From contig QPMI01000262.1 in assembly GCA_004431415.1 (NCBI GenBank), positions 43,823 to 107,822 of the forward strand: DNA of 64,000 bases. Reading direction: 5' to 3'. Each line of letters begins with the position of its first letter. Position 1 is the first letter of the stretch. Under the pieces are notes generated by a model. It was not told the origin of the DNA, did no database searches, and saw only the letters and a list, made by a program, of their open reading frames with translations. Below, piece after piece: positions 46,696 through 60,100 of the stretch. A program made the translations under genes and the position numbers. This DNA comes from Cyanophora paradoxa CCMP329 (Eukaryota > Plantae > Glaucophyta).

Positions 46696-48448
46696 TCAGG
46701 GGGGCGGGGCGGGGGCGGGGAAGGGCGGGAGGGAGATGCCGGCGAGGCGGGCGCACTCGCCCCAGAGGGCGTCGGCGTCGGCCCGGCTGCTCTCCGTGAA
46801 GGCCAGCGGCATGTGCCGCCACCGCTCCTGCGCATGCCGCCCCCGCCCTGCCCCTCAGCCCGCCCGCGTAGCGCAGAGAGTGGAAGGGGCGGGGGCCGCG
46901 GCGCGCCTTCCGATCGAAGAAGAGGCGCCCGGAGCGGCCGGCGGGGGCGGCGCCGGCGGCGAGCCACACGATGGTGTCGGCCCCCTGCGCCGGCGTCCGG
47001 AAGTTGCGCTCCTGCGCCCTGTAGCTCGGCGCCTGCTCGAACAGCGGCCGCAGCCCCGGCGTCTGCACCCAGCCTGCCCCGGCGACGCCCGTCAGAGGGC
47101 GGGGCCGGCAGGGTGGGCGGGGCGGGGCGGGCCGGGGTGCATGGCGTTGACGTCGACGCCGGAGCCGGCGAGGCGCTCTGCCCAGCGCTCCGTGAGCACC
47201 ATCTGCGCCCGCTTCTGCTGCGCGTACACCCGCACCTGCGGCCCCGCCCCCGCCCCTCGCCGCCCGCCGCGCGGGCCGGGGGCGGGGCGCGGGGTCGGAC
47301 CCCGTCGAAGGGCGGCTGGGAGCTCTGGAGGTCGGAGACGTCGAGGCGTTGCGTGTACATGCCCGCCGACGTCACGTTGATCACCCGCGACGGCGCGCTC
47401 CGCCGCAGCAGCTGCCGCCCCGTCACGCGCGCTAGGCCCGCGCCCGCGCCAGGCGCGGTCTCCTCGGGGCGGGCGGACGCACGTCCTCGAGGCCAGCGGT
47501 GAGGGCGAAGCCGGAGAGCACGTTCGTCGCGAAGCTCTTCTCGATCCCCTCCTGCGGGAGGCCTCAGCGGGGCGGGGGGCGCGGAAGGCGGGGCGCGGGG
47601 CGCGCGGGGGTCTCCTCGCGGGCGGTGGGCATGTAGCCGGCGTTGAGGACGAGCACGTCGAGCCGCTTGCGCTTCGAGAACTCCCGCGCGAACTCCCGCG
47701 TCTCCTTCATCACGCTGCGCCCCCGCGCCCCGCTCGACCCGCCCCACGCGCCGCCTCGCAGGGCCGCAGCCGGCAGCTCTCACCTCAGGTCGGCGATGTG
47801 CAGGTGGATCTGTAGCGGTCTCAGGCGAGGACGCGCCGTAGAGTGAGAGAGCGCGCACGTTGTCGTTCCCCGTGTCCTTCTTCAGCTTCTCGAGCGCCTC
47901 GCGCCCCCGCTGCGGGCTCCTGCAGAGGATGTGGACCTCCGCGCCCTTCCGCGCGAGCTCCTCCGCGGCCGCGTAGCCGATGCCGCTGTTTGCGCCTGTG
48001 ATGAGCATCGATTTCCCGCGCAGGTCCACGTTCAGCGCCGCCGGGTCCCTGCACGTGCACGTGCGTGTCAGCGCAGCGCCCGGGCGTGCGCGGGCCCGCG
48101 CGCAGGGTGCTTGACCGACGCGAGTCAGTGCAGTATACGTGAACGCTTAGCTATGATGCGCGGCGATTCCAGGCGCATCGTGGCACAATAGCTAGAGTGC
48201 GCGGTCTGGTCATGATGGCATGCTCGACGTCATGAACGCCCGAAGCAGCCCCTTCGCTTAGCTGGAGCGCGCGCGACGCGTACCATCCTCTTGCTCGCCA
48301 CTCAAATCCTGCGTGAGAGGTCGGCGTGCGCTGCGAGGGGCGCGCATGCGCGAATCGGCGCCGGCGCATGCGCACCGAAACGCATGAAGTTCGGCGCCTG
48401 CATTAGCTGCCCGAACACGGTGCCGGCAACGCTGTAGCTCTGCCCCAT
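46696..48448 (-). CDS. Short-chain dehydrogenase/reductase, DHRS12-like
   Basis: DLRGKSMLITGANSGIG, LDVLVLNAG, SFATNVL, RVINVTSAGMYTQRLDVSDLQ, YAQQKRAQMVLTERWA (YxxxK), AMHP, FRTPAQGADTIVWLA. Confidence 0.88.
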
Positions 48449-48586
48449 CTCGTCAAGCTCGCTCTTGGGCTGGATTCGGCAGTTCGAATCCAGGCGGAAG
48501 GATTACATCTGGCGTTAGCTTAGCAAGCTCCAGCCGGCGAGGTCGGGCCCCGGGCACTGACGGCACACGGCGGCACATAGGCAGAG

Positions 48587-49683
48587 ATGATGCGAATGCA
48601 GTTTCTCGCCAGAGGCCTGCGGCAGCGGCACTGCTCGGCAGCACTAGCGGCCCAGCGGCACAAGCGGTTGCTCGCGACGCAAGCCTCACAGCTGCCGTCG
48701 CCCGAAGCGCACTCGTTGCTGCTCGATGCGCGTGTCCCGCCCGTCCCCTCAATCTCGCCGGCGTTGCGTGTCGTCACGTTCCTCGTCGGGCACACAGCGT
48801 GCGGCGGTGAGCGTGTACAGGCCAGTCCATGTCATGCGCTGTACGGTTTAGCTAAACCTCGTCCACCTCACGTCCGGGCGCGGCGCGCTCGCCGGGGCGC
48901 TGCGCTGCAATCGCGCGATCGATGACGTGCGAGGGCGGGGCGCAGACACGGCCGGCGTGGCCGACGACTGGCGGCACCTGATGTCCTCGCCGGCGACGCG
49001 CGCCCTCGCGTACGAGGCCGTCCTCCAGACGCACCTGTGAGCGCCCTCGAGCTCGCGCGCGCAGCTTCCCGTCCCCGGCCCCTTCGCTGCGCCGCTGACC
49101 TCGGGGCCTGCGGCAGCTTCATCGGAGTGCCGCGGACGCTGAACGCCTTCGGTGAGCAGGCACCGCCCGGCCCTCGCCGGCATGTGTCGAGCGGGGGGGG
49201 GGGCGGGCCCGGGCCCGCGGGCGCGCAGCGGCGATAGCGCAGCTGGAGGACTCGCTCGGGGGGCCGTGGGAGGCGTGCGGCTCGACGGAGCCGCTGCCCG
49301 AGCCGGCGGTGGGCTGGCGGCGGGCCGGCGAGGAGGCGCTGCAGGCCGTCTACGGGGGCCAGTACGAGCGGCTGCGGCGGAACATGCGGCGGCTGAGCCC
49401 GGACCTGGACGCCTTCATCGTGGAGCACGGGTACGGGCGCGTGCTGGCGCGCCCCGGGATGACGATGCGGGAGCGCGAGCTCTGCGTCGTCGCGGCGCTG
49501 GCGGGGCAGAACGTCGCGCCGCAGCTCTACTCCCACATCCGCGGCGCGCTGCTCGTTGGAGGCACGAAGGAGGAGGTGGCGGGCGTCCTCGCCCAGACCG
49601 GCCTCGTCTGGGGCCGCCCCGAGGCCCAGGAGGAGGTGGACGCCGTCTGGGCCACCTTCGAGCGCGCCCGCTACTCCCTCTGA
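48587..49683 (+). CDS. Carboxymuconolactone decarboxylase / AhpD-like protein with mitochondrial-type presequence
   Basis: FIGVPRTLNAF; PDLDAFIVEHGYGRVLARPGMTMRERELCVVAALAGQNVAPQLYSHIRGALLVG. Arg-rich, acid-free N-terminus. Confidence 0.85.
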
Positions 49684-50134
49684 GCCCGGCCCCCCGCTCG
49701 AACTCCCCCGCTCCGGCTGCACCCGTCGACGTCACGCATGTATTCCAGACTGTATGTACACTACCTCGAACTCAAGATCTAGCAAAATTGTACGATTGGC
49801 TTCGCGCCTTCAGGCTTACAACTACTATACACTAGCATTTAATGCCGCACTGCGGCGGACATAAACTAACGGTGGCAAAACTGATACGAATGTACTACAG
49901 TGTAATCGGCGCTGCGGGTGCACGCGCAGTCGCTGTCGAGGCGTCCACAGGGGCGGGCCTAGGGGCCCGTAGATCTGCCGGACTGGGGATCGGTGGCGGG
50001 GCGCGGGGCGCGGGGCGGGGGCCTCGCGCTCAGTCGAGCTCGGGGGGGTCGAGCAAGGGCCGGAGGCGGCTCGTGGCGGCCTCGAGCACGACGAAGAAGG
50101 CCTGCCCCGAGGCGCCCCGAGGCGGCGCCCGCGA

Positions 50135-51866
50135 TCAGCGGCCGGGCGGGGCGGGGGGCGGGGCGGGTCCCGGCGGCTTAAGCTTCGTGCGCACGGCGGA
50201 GTAGACGAATCCCATGCCGATGCGGAGGAGGCCGCCGGCGAAGAGGGCCCCCGGGCCGCCCGCGGCGAGCGTCGCCTTGAGGGCCGCCCCGGGCGACGCG
50301 CACGTCCCCAGCATCGTCAGCGTCTTCGCCAGGTCCAGCGGGGTCGTCAGGAACTGCGCGCAGGCCCCCGCCAGGCCCCCGCACAGCAGGCTCTCCACCG
50401 GCGCCAGCTCCCCGCCCTCGCGGGAGGCCGCGCGCAGCCACCAGGCGCGCAGCTGCGCGCGCGCGCGCGCGTGGGCGCCGGGCCGGGCGGGGAGGCGGGG
50501 CGGGGGGAGGGGGAGGGGGGGGGGAGTGGGGGGGGGGGGGGGGCGGACGGCGAAGTAGAGGGGCAGCTCGATGCAGGTCGTGGCGCAGTCGCGCCCCAGC
50601 GTCGCCCTGCCCCGCCCCCCGCCCCCGTCACGCCTGGGCTGGGCCGGCGGGGCGGGGCGGGGCGGGGCGGGGCGGGGGCGGGCCCGAGGCCGCGGTAGAG
50701 GCCGGCGAGGCCGTCGGCGTCGAGCACGTGGGCGACCGCCTGCAGCGCCCCGCCCTCCGCCCCCGCCTGCACCCGCTGCTTCACCTGCGCCCGCCCCCGC
50801 CGCTCGCCCCGTCCGCGCGGTCCCCGCCGGCCCGCTCGCTCCGTCGCACCATCTCGCTCGGCACGTAGCTGCCGAGAGGTCAGCTGGGCACGGCGCTTCA
50901 GCTGCATGGGCGGCGCGGGGCCGCCGGCGCACAAGACGGAGTTGGCGACGCCGGCGGCGATGCCGGCGGCGAGCGGGGCGAGGGCGCGGACGAGGCCCGA
51001 GCGGTGGCGCTCCATCCGCCCGCTGACCGCCGCGTACGCCGTCATGCGCATCGCGCTCGCCGGCGCCGCCCCCACTGCCCTCCGGGAAATTAGATCGACG
51101 GGAGCAGCGGACGGCGCAGTCCCGAGGGGGCACCGAGCGCCGGCGTAATGCCCCACAGAAGCTAGATGTGTGTCAGCCATTCTCCTCGGTCTGGCGGGGA
51201 CGGCAGCGCGTGCGCACGCGGCTCGCGGCGAAGCTCGGAGGCAGTCCGCCGGCGGACTGGACCTGCGGGCCGCTCATTCGACCGGACTGCATCTAGTCTC
51301 CATCCTTAACATCGAAGCGCGCCAGCGTACGAGCCGTATCGATGGGGTGAATCAGAGCGATGGCGGCCAGCGCGGCAATGCTCCCGGCTGCCGCAGTCCT
51401 GCGCTGGATAAGAATCGGAACCATTCGCTTCCGGTTCTCCTCAGCTTCCAGAAATCTATAGGCGCTAAATAGCCAGGATCGCGCGCGCGCAGCCGCTCGT
51501 GCCGGACTTGGCAGGTGCGCACAGGATCGGCGAGGGGCGGTGGTGCTTGGGTTCGTCGTCGACGACGCTGGCAGTGGCGCATAGCACCTCGCATTTGCGG
51601 TATTCGAAGACTCGGCGCGCGGAGGGCCTGCGCCCGAGGAAAACAGAGCTGCGCTTCGAGCTGCACGTGGAGGCTCTCGGCAAAAGAGGCGCATCGGGAA
51701 AAGCGATGCGCAGCGCTTGCGCTGCCGGGGGAGCGTCGGCGAAGGAGTCGGCGCCCCGCTGCATCGCTCGGGGAGCTGGCGGCGTGCAAACGAACGCGGG
51801 GCGCTGAGCGATCGGCGCCTTTCCCCCTCCGGAGCGCGCCGGCTGCTCCGCGGGTGAACGCGGCAT
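50135..51866 (-). CDS. Mitochondrial carrier family (SLC25) protein, SAM-carrier-like, with N-terminal extension
   Basis: Px[DE]xx[KR] signatures HPIDTART and TPLDLAKT. Also VKQRVQAG...GLAGLYRG, ATLGRD and GALFAG. Start is uncertain. Confidence 0.78.
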
Positions 51867-52032
51867 TTTGACAAGATTACGACTGTACCCCCTGTCAGCA
51901 CTTCCCGGTGACTTCCGGGCCGAGTTCCGGCTTCCTACAGAAGCTACCCGGGCGCTCTCATCGTGCTTGCAGCACCTGGCTGACTTGCAGACGTTGCAAA
52001 CCGGCCCGATCGCCCGCTTGACCGACTTTCAG

Positions 52033-53268
52033 ATGATAGGCTTCGCGCAGCCGTGCGCGTGCGCACCGCTGGGATCGATTGAGGCCCGGCTGTCGCGATG
52101 CATTAGCCAGGCCAGCAGCTACACCTGCAAACCCGGCGCCAGTCGTTCGCCCCGGTTGGTCTCGAGGTTCAGCCCAGCGGCCGGCGCGCGGCTGTCCTTC
52201 AGTTCCAGTCTCTCACGATTCACGCTCACTGGCTTGGGCTTGCGCTTTTCATCGTCGCGCGCGAGGCCGCACGTGTCCGATCTGACCCTCGAGGCCGCCG
52301 CTCAAGATCCCGTGCCGCCCGGGACTGAGTTCGGCGGGCACGCTGCAACCCCGGACGTTGAGAACTTCGAGCTGAACGTTGTCTTCGTGCAACCTCAGGT
52401 CCGCGCTCGCAGCGTCACGGCGTGTTTTCGTGTGCTCGCGCTGAATCTCGCCGCTGCGCGTAGATCCCTTGGAATACGGGTAACGCCGGCAGGACCTGCC
52501 TGGGCCTCAACGCGCGCCTGCACCTCGTCGGGCCTCTGGCGCGTCACGCTTCGGCCCCGATCCGTCGCTGCGCTCGGCGGCTGACCTGCAGTTCTTCTCG
52601 CAGGGCTTCGACATCTCCGAGAAGGGCATCCGCCGCGCCGGTCCGCTCGCGCCCTGCGCCGCCCTGCGCTGCGCCGCTGACCGCCTCGTCCGCGAAGGCC
52701 TGGACTACTGGCAGTACCTGGACGTGACGGCCTACGAGAACTGGGAGGTCCGCCCCGCCCCGCGCCCCCCGCCCCCCTCCGGGCCCCTCCAGGCGCGCCT
52801 GCGCCGATGCAAGCGTGTGCCACGGGGCAGGAGTTCGCCCGGATGCTGCCGAGCCTGGGGCCGGCCTACTGGTTCACAAAGCACGGCTCGACGAGCCTCC
52901 TCGACGTCGAGGTCCGTGCCAGCGGCTCAAGCCGGCAAGCCGGGGCCACTGGGGCCGACGGGGCGGGGGCGGGCGGGGCGGGCAGTTCCCGCGGTGCGAG
53001 AAGATGGCGCTGGTGTTCGGGTCGGAGACGAACGGCTTCGAGGACATCGAGGGGCAGATCCCCCCCGACGCCCCCCGCATCAGCCTCCCCATGTACACCA
53101 CCGCCATCCGTCCGCCCCGCCCCACCCCGCCCCCTCCACATCCAGATCCCGCCCCGCGCTCATGCTCTCCCGCCCCCTGCGGCAGGATCGTTCAACCTGT
53201 CCACGTCCGCCGGTATCGCCGCCTTCGAGGCCCTGAAACAGCAGTACAGGCTCCGCAAGCAGGAGTAG
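52033..53268 (+). CDS. trmL: TrmL-family SpoU tRNA (wobble C/U34) 2'-O-methyltransferase, probably plastid-targeted
   Basis: VVFVQPQ|IPWNTGNAGRTC...LHLVGP|GFDI...RRAG|LDYW, LVFGSETNG, ISLPM, RSFNLSTSAGIAAFEA. Has a Ser-rich N-terminal extension. Confidence 0.9.
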
Positions 53269-53503
53269 CTCTGGCAGTCGCCCCCAGATCCCGCCCGCAC
53301 GCGTCACCGTGGCGACTGCAGCATACGCATGACGATATTGTTTCACGACGGGAAAAACAGAACTACAAAGACGATCTGCCGGGGCCGGCAGCTTGCTGTT
53401 TTGGTTTTGTTGATAGCTTGGAAAAACGGAGGGGGAGGTGCACACGCTATGATGGGGCTGGGGCGGAGTGGGAGGCGGGGGTCAAAGTGGGGGCGCGCCT
53501 AGT

Positions 53504-56500
53504 CTAGTAGCCGGACTCGGCGAGCCGCTTCTCGCGCTCGCGGAGTGCGGCCTCGAGGTCGTTCATGGAGACGATGCCGGAGCCCGAGTAGACGTTCGAG
53601 GCGGCCGGGGCCGGCGCGGCGCTGCCGAAGGTCGGCATGTCCCGCGACACGCTGCTGTACGTGTTGTACGTCGACGCCGGCTCGTACGGCGCCGGCGGCG
53701 CCATCGCCGGGGCGTACGAGACCGGCGCCGGGACCGGGTCGTAGCGGCCAGCGCTGAGCGCGGGGGCGAGGGGCGCCTGGTACGGGGCCGGAGCCGGGGC
53801 CGGGGCCGGGGGCGGCACGTAGGGGGCGGGGATGGCGCCCGGGGTGCGGCGGCCAGAGGGGATTGCGGCGTCGACGATCGGGATCGGGGCGGACATGCCG
53901 GGGTCCAGCGACGAGCCTGCAGGCGGCGGTGAGCGACGGCGGCAGCAGGGCGGGCGGGGCGAGGCGGCGGCGGCGGGCGGACCCTCCTCGGACGGCTTGA
54001 CGTTGGGGAGGGCGCGGAGGAGGAGGATGGCGGGAATGTGCGCGACGAACTGCGCGGGGGTGAGCAGCGGTGCAAAGCGGGGCGGGGCGGGGCGGGGCGG
54101 GGCGGGGCGGGGTGGGGCGGGCCTTGACGAAGATAGAGATGATGGCCATGGCGAAGGTGAACTGGATGGAGGGCTTGACGGGGGACCACTGGCCCTTGCT
54201 CGCCGCCAGCGCCATCGTCTTCAGGTCGTCCCCGTGCATCGAGAGCCACACGATGTCCAGGATGAACGACAGATCCATGAAGAGCAGGTACCTGCCCCCG
54301 CGCCCCGCTCAGGTCGCCGCGCGCGCCTGGGCGGCGGGGGCGGGGCGGGGCGGGCGGGGCGGACGCGAGGAGGGCGTTGCGGTCGCGCTCGTTGACGGCG
54401 TAGAAGAGGATGGGGATGACGATGCAGAAGGGGTCGAAGCGGTCGAGGCACTCGAAGAAGAAGAGGACGAGGTGCACGATGGCGAAGCCGAGCATCACGC
54501 GGCGCCACTTCTCCAGCTCCGGCAGCGACGTGAACTTGGACATCATACCCATCACCCGCTCCCGCCCCATCTGCGTGTCTGCACCACCGTTAGCCCCAGC
54601 CCCGCCGCCGCGAAGCGCGCGCGGCGGGACGCACGCTGCTCCGAGGGCTTGACGTCCGGGAGCTCGGTGTGGAAGCGGATCGCGGGGATGAGGATGCCGA
54701 GCTGCGCGGGGGTCGGCGAGGGCGAGGCGGGGGCCAGGGCGGAAGCCGGGGCGGGGCACCTTGAGGATCATGTTGAGGACGACGAGGATCATGGCGAAGG
54801 TGACGGTGGCGGAGGAGCCGGCCTGCCACGCGAACTTGGCGGCGTCCTGGTGCTCCGCGAGCCAGACGATGTCCATGATGAAGGAGGGGAGGAAGGAGGC
54901 CACGAAGTACGACTCGAGCGCGACCTTGTCCTTCTCGTTCACCGCGTACATGCCGATGACGAGCACCACGGAGAAGACGTCCAGGCGCGCCAGCGACTCG
55001 AAGAGCACGAAGACGAACTGGAGGGCGAGCATCACGATCGTCGCCCGCTCGTTCGAGCCGAGGGCGATGTGGGTGATGCGGCTGAAGCCGCTGCCGGGCA
55101 TGGCCTCCATCGACGGCTGCGACTCGGAGGGCTTCCGGTCCGGCATCTCGCGGAAGAGCTTCATCGTGACGAACGCGAAGATGATCTGCCGGCCCAGGCT
55201 CGGCCCCACCCGCGGCGGCTGCGCGACGCGGCGCGGGGCGGACCTTGATGAGGAGGTTGCAGATGGTGGTGCCGTAAACGAACGACTTGGGCTCCGTGGA
55301 AGCGAGGTTGTTCTGGCGGATGTTGTTGTACTCCTCCGAGCCGTGGAGCCCGAGGTAGATGATGTCAACCACGACGGTCACCGCGGTGAAGAAGTAGTAC
55401 TGCGCCCGGCGTCACGGCGGCGGCGGGGACGTCGAGGAGCGGGGCACGCACGGCCTTCATGGCGAACTTGTCGTTCTCGTGCACCGCGTACAGGCCGATC
55501 ATGATCACGACGGCATACAGGTCCGCGCGGGCGAGCGAGTTGAAGAAGCAGAAAGCCTGCCCAGTACGTGAGGAAACTACGGAGCCGCGAGGGTTCGGTG
55601 CGCACCAGCTGCAGCACGAAGAGACCATCCAGAACACGGACGAAGGGCGAGAGCGGCGGGCGGTTGCCGCGCTGCTCGCTCGGCTTGACGAGGGGCAGTG
55701 TCCGGAAAGTGGAGATCGCCGGGAAGAGAATGAGGATCTGCAGCTCGTCGATCAGGCAGTGAAGCCGCGAACCAAGAGCTAGGAGCTCGCCTTCAGCAGC
55801 ATGGCGATGAGGGTCATCGCGAAGACGAACTGCATCGTGCCCTCGAACGTCGCGGTCACGGCGAACATCGAGGTATCCGAGTGCTGCGACATCCAGACGA
55901 TGTCCATAATAATGGAGAAGACCATGAAGCCGAGGTACTGCAGCGGAGAATCGGATCAGCACAGAAAGAAGAGGCTCCGACTCGGCTTCATCATTTCGAA
56001 GCGCACGGCGGCCATGGCGAGTCTGTCCATCTCGTGCGTCGCATAGATTGCAACGATAACGACGGCGCAGAAGAGATCGAAGCGAGCAATGTTGGTCAGG
56101 TAGCACAGGAACTGCAGCACATCAGTTTCGTCCCTCCCGCGCGGAACGACTCAAACGCATGCACCAGCTGAGCCATCGCAATGTAGGTAACATAGCTGGC
56201 GAAAGAGAAGTTCTGGACAGCGCCCTTCACGTTCTGAATCGTCTCACGCACATCGAAGTTCGCCAGGGACCGTCCACCCTGTAGGGACGTGTCATGTCGG
56301 CATGATGTAGAAAGAACGCAATGCTATCTGCGTGGCGTCGCCGGGTGCGCACCAGGAGCTGCGCCTTCCGGTAGTCCGGCGTGAACCCCGAATCTCCGCG
56401 CCGGCCGAGCTCGGTCTCGAACATCTTCACCTTCGTTTTCAAGAACTACGCAAGAGGGTGACAAGCCGAATGTGAGAACGACGGAAAGGGGGCGGTGAAG

Positions 56501-56877
56501 GGCGGCGGGTGATTCGAATTTCCAGGGAAACCGACGAAGGCCCGGGGGCCTCTAGGACCATTCCTAGCATCATCAGAGAGGTGCGAACCGTGAGCTCGGC
56601 ATCCTTGCCACGCATGGCGTTGTCCTGCAGCCTGTGTCAGAATTCCGGGAGGCGTTGCTTCAACGTGCGCCAGAAGCCGGCAGCGCGAACCAGCCGGTCG
56701 GCGAATACCCGCTCCAGATTGCCCCGGACGCGACGCTCAATCGTCTGCTCGAGGCCATCGACCTGGGGTGGCGTTTGAGCGGGAACGGCCCAGCGTGCGA
56801 ATTCCAGCCAGCGGATTCCGACGGACCCTCTGCTGGAGCTCGGCATTCTGCCGAGCGATGTAATCGAGGTCCGACAT
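53504..56877 (-). CDS. Polytopic membrane protein with four tandem AGTRAP-like modules, N-terminal coiled coil and Pro/Tyr-rich tail
   Basis: Four repeats of (A/D)R.D...V.......YA..E.D..A...Y........DI.(W/Y)...H....F........(L/I).K......P. Confidence 0.75.
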
Positions 56878-57170
56878 CGTCGGACTTCGTCCCGCCTGGT
56901 CTCTTGGTGGACTTCCTGGACGTACCCCGGACGCTCTAAACAACTGTACCCCAAAAGAGTGAGTGCTTCGCGGCAAGCAGAGCACGCGCGGCCAGGCGAG
57001 GCGCGTAAACAGCTTGAAGAACGCCTTTATATAGTCATAGCGGCGGCTAGCGCCCTAGTCGAGGAGTCTGCCGCAGTGAAGCAGCCACGGTAGCCAAGAT
57101 CGTTAGCTAGGCGAGCGCGCGCTGTAGTTTAGATTCTCCGCCGGCTAGCTGCCTGGCGAGAGCAGCGCCA

Positions 57171-60100
57171 ATGTCGGAAGCCGGGCCGGCTAGCGCAGCC
57201 CCCTCTACGAGGGACTTTAAGGCGCAGCTGGATGAGGAGCGATTGCGGTCCGATGCTCTCATGAAGGTGAGCTCAATGGGCGAACCCCTTAGCTAGAGTG
57301 CTGGATTTGCATCTCGGTCTCCCAGCGCGACTCTGCAGCCGGGCTAGCTACCGGGGCTCCGTCTCACGCTCTGGGCGCAGGACATGCAGGGTCTCGAGGA
57401 AGAGAATCGGGCGCTGCGGCTGAGCGTGCACGGGGGGGCGGCGGCGGGAGAGCCGGCACCAGGTTCCTCGGCGGTGCAGGAGGCGCTGGTGCCGATCTAC
57501 ATGGCGCTCGCGAAGGCGCGGGCGAGCCTCTCGTACGAGTGGAACACGGTGGACAACCCCGGGGGCGGGCCGCGGCGGGCGAGCCCGCTGGAGGGGGCCG
57601 GCGAGCTGCCGGGGGACGGGGACGCGGTGGCGGCGACGATGGAGCTGATCCGCTCGCTGGGGGAGATGGTCAAGCAGAAGGCCCTCGACCTCGTGCGCGA
57701 CTACGCCAAGTACAAGCGCACCACCGAGCAGGCCCTCCGCGCCGGCGAGCACGAGGGGGGCGGGGGGCGCCCCTCGGGGGTGGACGCGGGGGCGGCGGCG
57801 AGCTTCAGCAGCCTGCAGCGGAGCTACGAGCAGGTGAAGCGGGAGGCGGACGAGCTGCGGCGGGCGAACATGCAGGCGGCGAGCGAGCGGGACCAGTACA
57901 TGCGGCAGCTGAGCGAGACGCGGCGGGAGCTCGAGGGGCGGGCGCGGGCCCTCGAGCGCGCCCTCGCCGAGCGCGACGAGGACCTCCGCAAGCGCTCCGC
58001 CCAGGTCGAGGCCTCCAGCCAGCAGGCCCGCCCCCCCGGCCCCGCCCCGGCCCCGCCCCGCCCCCCTGAGGCGCCCGGCAGGTGCTGAAGATGCAGGGCG
58101 CCGCGGACGACGCGACGAAGCGGGCCGAGCAGACGCGCGCCGCCGCCGAGCGCGCCGAGCGCGACCTCCGCGTGCGCCGGGGCGCGCGAGGTGCCCCGAA
58201 GGCCGGCGCTGAGGCGGGCGCAGGCGAAGAACGAGCAGCTGCACGTGAAGATCGAGGAGCTCATGGGCCAGCTGCGCGAGCGCGAGAACGACCGCATGGT
58301 CCGCCGGGGCGGCCGCCAGCTGGCGGCGGGGCGGGGGCTGAGGGCGGGGGGCGCAGGCGACGGAGCTGGGGCGGGCGCAGGGCGAGGAGGCGCGGGAGCG
58401 GGCCAAGCGGCTCGCCGAGGAGAACGAGGCCTGCAGGCAGAGGGTGCGCCGCTGCCGGGACGGAGCGGGGCGGGGCGGGGCGGGGCGGGGCGGGGGGGGG
58501 CCGAGCGGGGGCGGCAGGTGCAGCAGCTGCAGGAGGAGCTTCAGCAGGCCCACGAGCTCTCCCGCCAGAAGATCGCTGACCTCGCCGTCCGCCCGCCCCC
58601 GCCCCGCCCCGCCCCGCACGGCCTCGCTGAGCAGGGCGCAGGAGGAGCTGAAGAGCCGGACGGGGACGCTGCGGACGCAGAACGACGGCCTGCGGGTGCG
58701 CGTGGAGGAGCTCACCGAGGAGCTGGCGAAGCGGGCGGAGGGGGCGCGGCGGGGGTACGAGGACGCGACGTCGGAGCTGCGGCTGGAGGCCGACGTGCTG
58801 CGGGAGAAGCTGCGCAAGTGCCAGGAGGACCTCCGCGCCCGCGAGGCCGAGCTCGACCGCCTCCGCGTCCGCCCCGCCCCGCTCCGCCCCGCCCGCAGCT
58901 GCCTGGAGCGCTCGGGGCCTCAGCGGGCCGGGGCGGGGGGCAGGACGCGGACAAGGCGATCCGGGAGGAGCGGGTGCTGCGGGAGGCGGCCGAGGCGGCC
59001 CGCGTCCTCGCCGAGCGCGACCTCCGCGTCCGCCCCGCCCCGTCCCGCCCAAGCCCCGGCCCCCGGCGCGGCCGCTCGGGGCTCACGCGCGCCCCGCAGG
59101 CGCTGCAGGCGAAGACCGACACCACGCGCTGGAACCAGGAGGCCCGTCCCGCGCCCCGCCCCCGTCCCCCGCCCCCAGCGCCCCGCGCCCCGCCCCCGCC
59201 CCCGCGCCCCGCGGCGGCCGCCGACGGCCGCGCAGCTGATGGTCGTCGAGGAGCGCTTCCGCATGGAGCGCGTGCGCGTCGAGCGCGAGTGGCGGTGCGC
59301 CGGCCCCCGCCGCTCGCCGCGCCCGGGCGGAGCGGGGCCGAGCGGGGCGGGGCGGGGCGGGGCAGGGCGGAGACGGAGAAGGCGAAGGTGGAGCGGGCGG
59401 CGGCGGTGGCGGAGGTGCAGGAGGTGGAGGAGCGGCTGCGGCGGGCGGAGCGGGCGCTGCGCCAGCGGGACGAGCGGCTCGAGGGCGTCGAGGAGGAGCT
59501 GCGGCTCGCGCGGGAGCGCCTCTCCGCCGTCGAGGGCTGGCGCCAGGAGATGGAGAAGGTCCGCGCCCAGTACGAGACCCGCCTCCAGGAGCGCGCCGCC
59601 GGTCCGCCCGCCCCGCCCCGCCCCGCCCTCCCTACTCCCGCCCCGACGGCGCTGAAGGGGAGGGGCGGGGCGGGCAGAGGCGCGGCGGGTGAAGGAGGCG
59701 GCGGCGGTGGCGGAGGGCGGGCACACGCGGGAGATCATGCGGCTGCGGGAGGCGCTCGAGGGGGCGCAGGCGGAGCGCCAGCGCGCCGAGCGCGCCCTCG
59801 CCGACGCCACCGCCCGCGTCCGCCCCGCCCCGCCCCGCCCCGCCCCGCCGCCAGATCGGGCGGGCTCTGAGGGGGCGGCGGGGGCGGCAGCTCTCGGGGA
59901 TGCAGGGGGCGGTGCTCAACGCGGAGCAGGTGAAGTGGCAGGGGAGCGTGGAGGCGACGAAGCTGCGGGCGGAGCTCGAGTGGCGGGCCAAGCAGCTCGC
60001 CGAGCTGGAGGCCGTCTCGCGCCACAACGCCGACGAGCTCGAGCGCGCCCGCGCGCGCGTGCAGCGGCTGGAGGCGCGGCGCATGAAGACCGAGGAGGCC

